Source: Pelagibacteraceae bacterium AG-404-N13
GTDB lineage: Bacteria; Pseudomonadota; Alphaproteobacteria; Pelagibacterales; Pelagibacteraceae
Length of the DNA: 64,000 bases
Assembly (NCBI GenBank): GCA_003216255.1
Contig: QCJD01000002.1
Span: 20,474 to 84,473, forward strand
Direction of reading: 5' to 3'
Part shown: one piece after another, positions 63,967 through 64,000 of the stretch
Layout of the letters: each line of letters starts with the position of its first letter
Numbering within the stretch: the first letter of the stretch is position 1
Notes under the pieces: model-generated
Database searches by the model: none
Seen by the model: the letters and a program-made list of their open reading frames with translations, nothing else
What the model was told of the DNA's origin: nothing
Program-made: the position numbers and the translations under genes

Positions 63967-64000
63967 TTTTAATAATTTTATTTATGGATGATTTTATACA

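Overview
Very AT-rich, gene-dense chromosomal window from a streamlined alphaproteobacterium. Gene content and order indicate Pelagibacterales (SAR11); this is inferred, not from a search. The window spans the replication-origin region: a probable oriC between hemE and the DUF299/PSRP kinase gene, two parS sites inside rsmG and mnmG, and parAB, mnmEG, rho, hem, dnaQ, grpE-dnaK-dnaJ, hslVU, his, leuS and ftsK. No rRNA, tRNA, CRISPR, integrase or transposase was seen. Points of interest: (1) three tandem PAPS-dependent sulfotransferases inserted between mnmE and rho, plus a TPR-sulfotransferase; (2) a stand-alone minimal malonyl-CoA-decarboxylase-like protein; (3) two genes missing from the ORF track, a 38-aa ArfA and a 55-aa membrane protein; (4) tldD-pmbA and an orphan ORF inside the his operon; (5) two divergent genes sharing one ATGCAT start palindrome. 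All calls come from motif recognition by eye.
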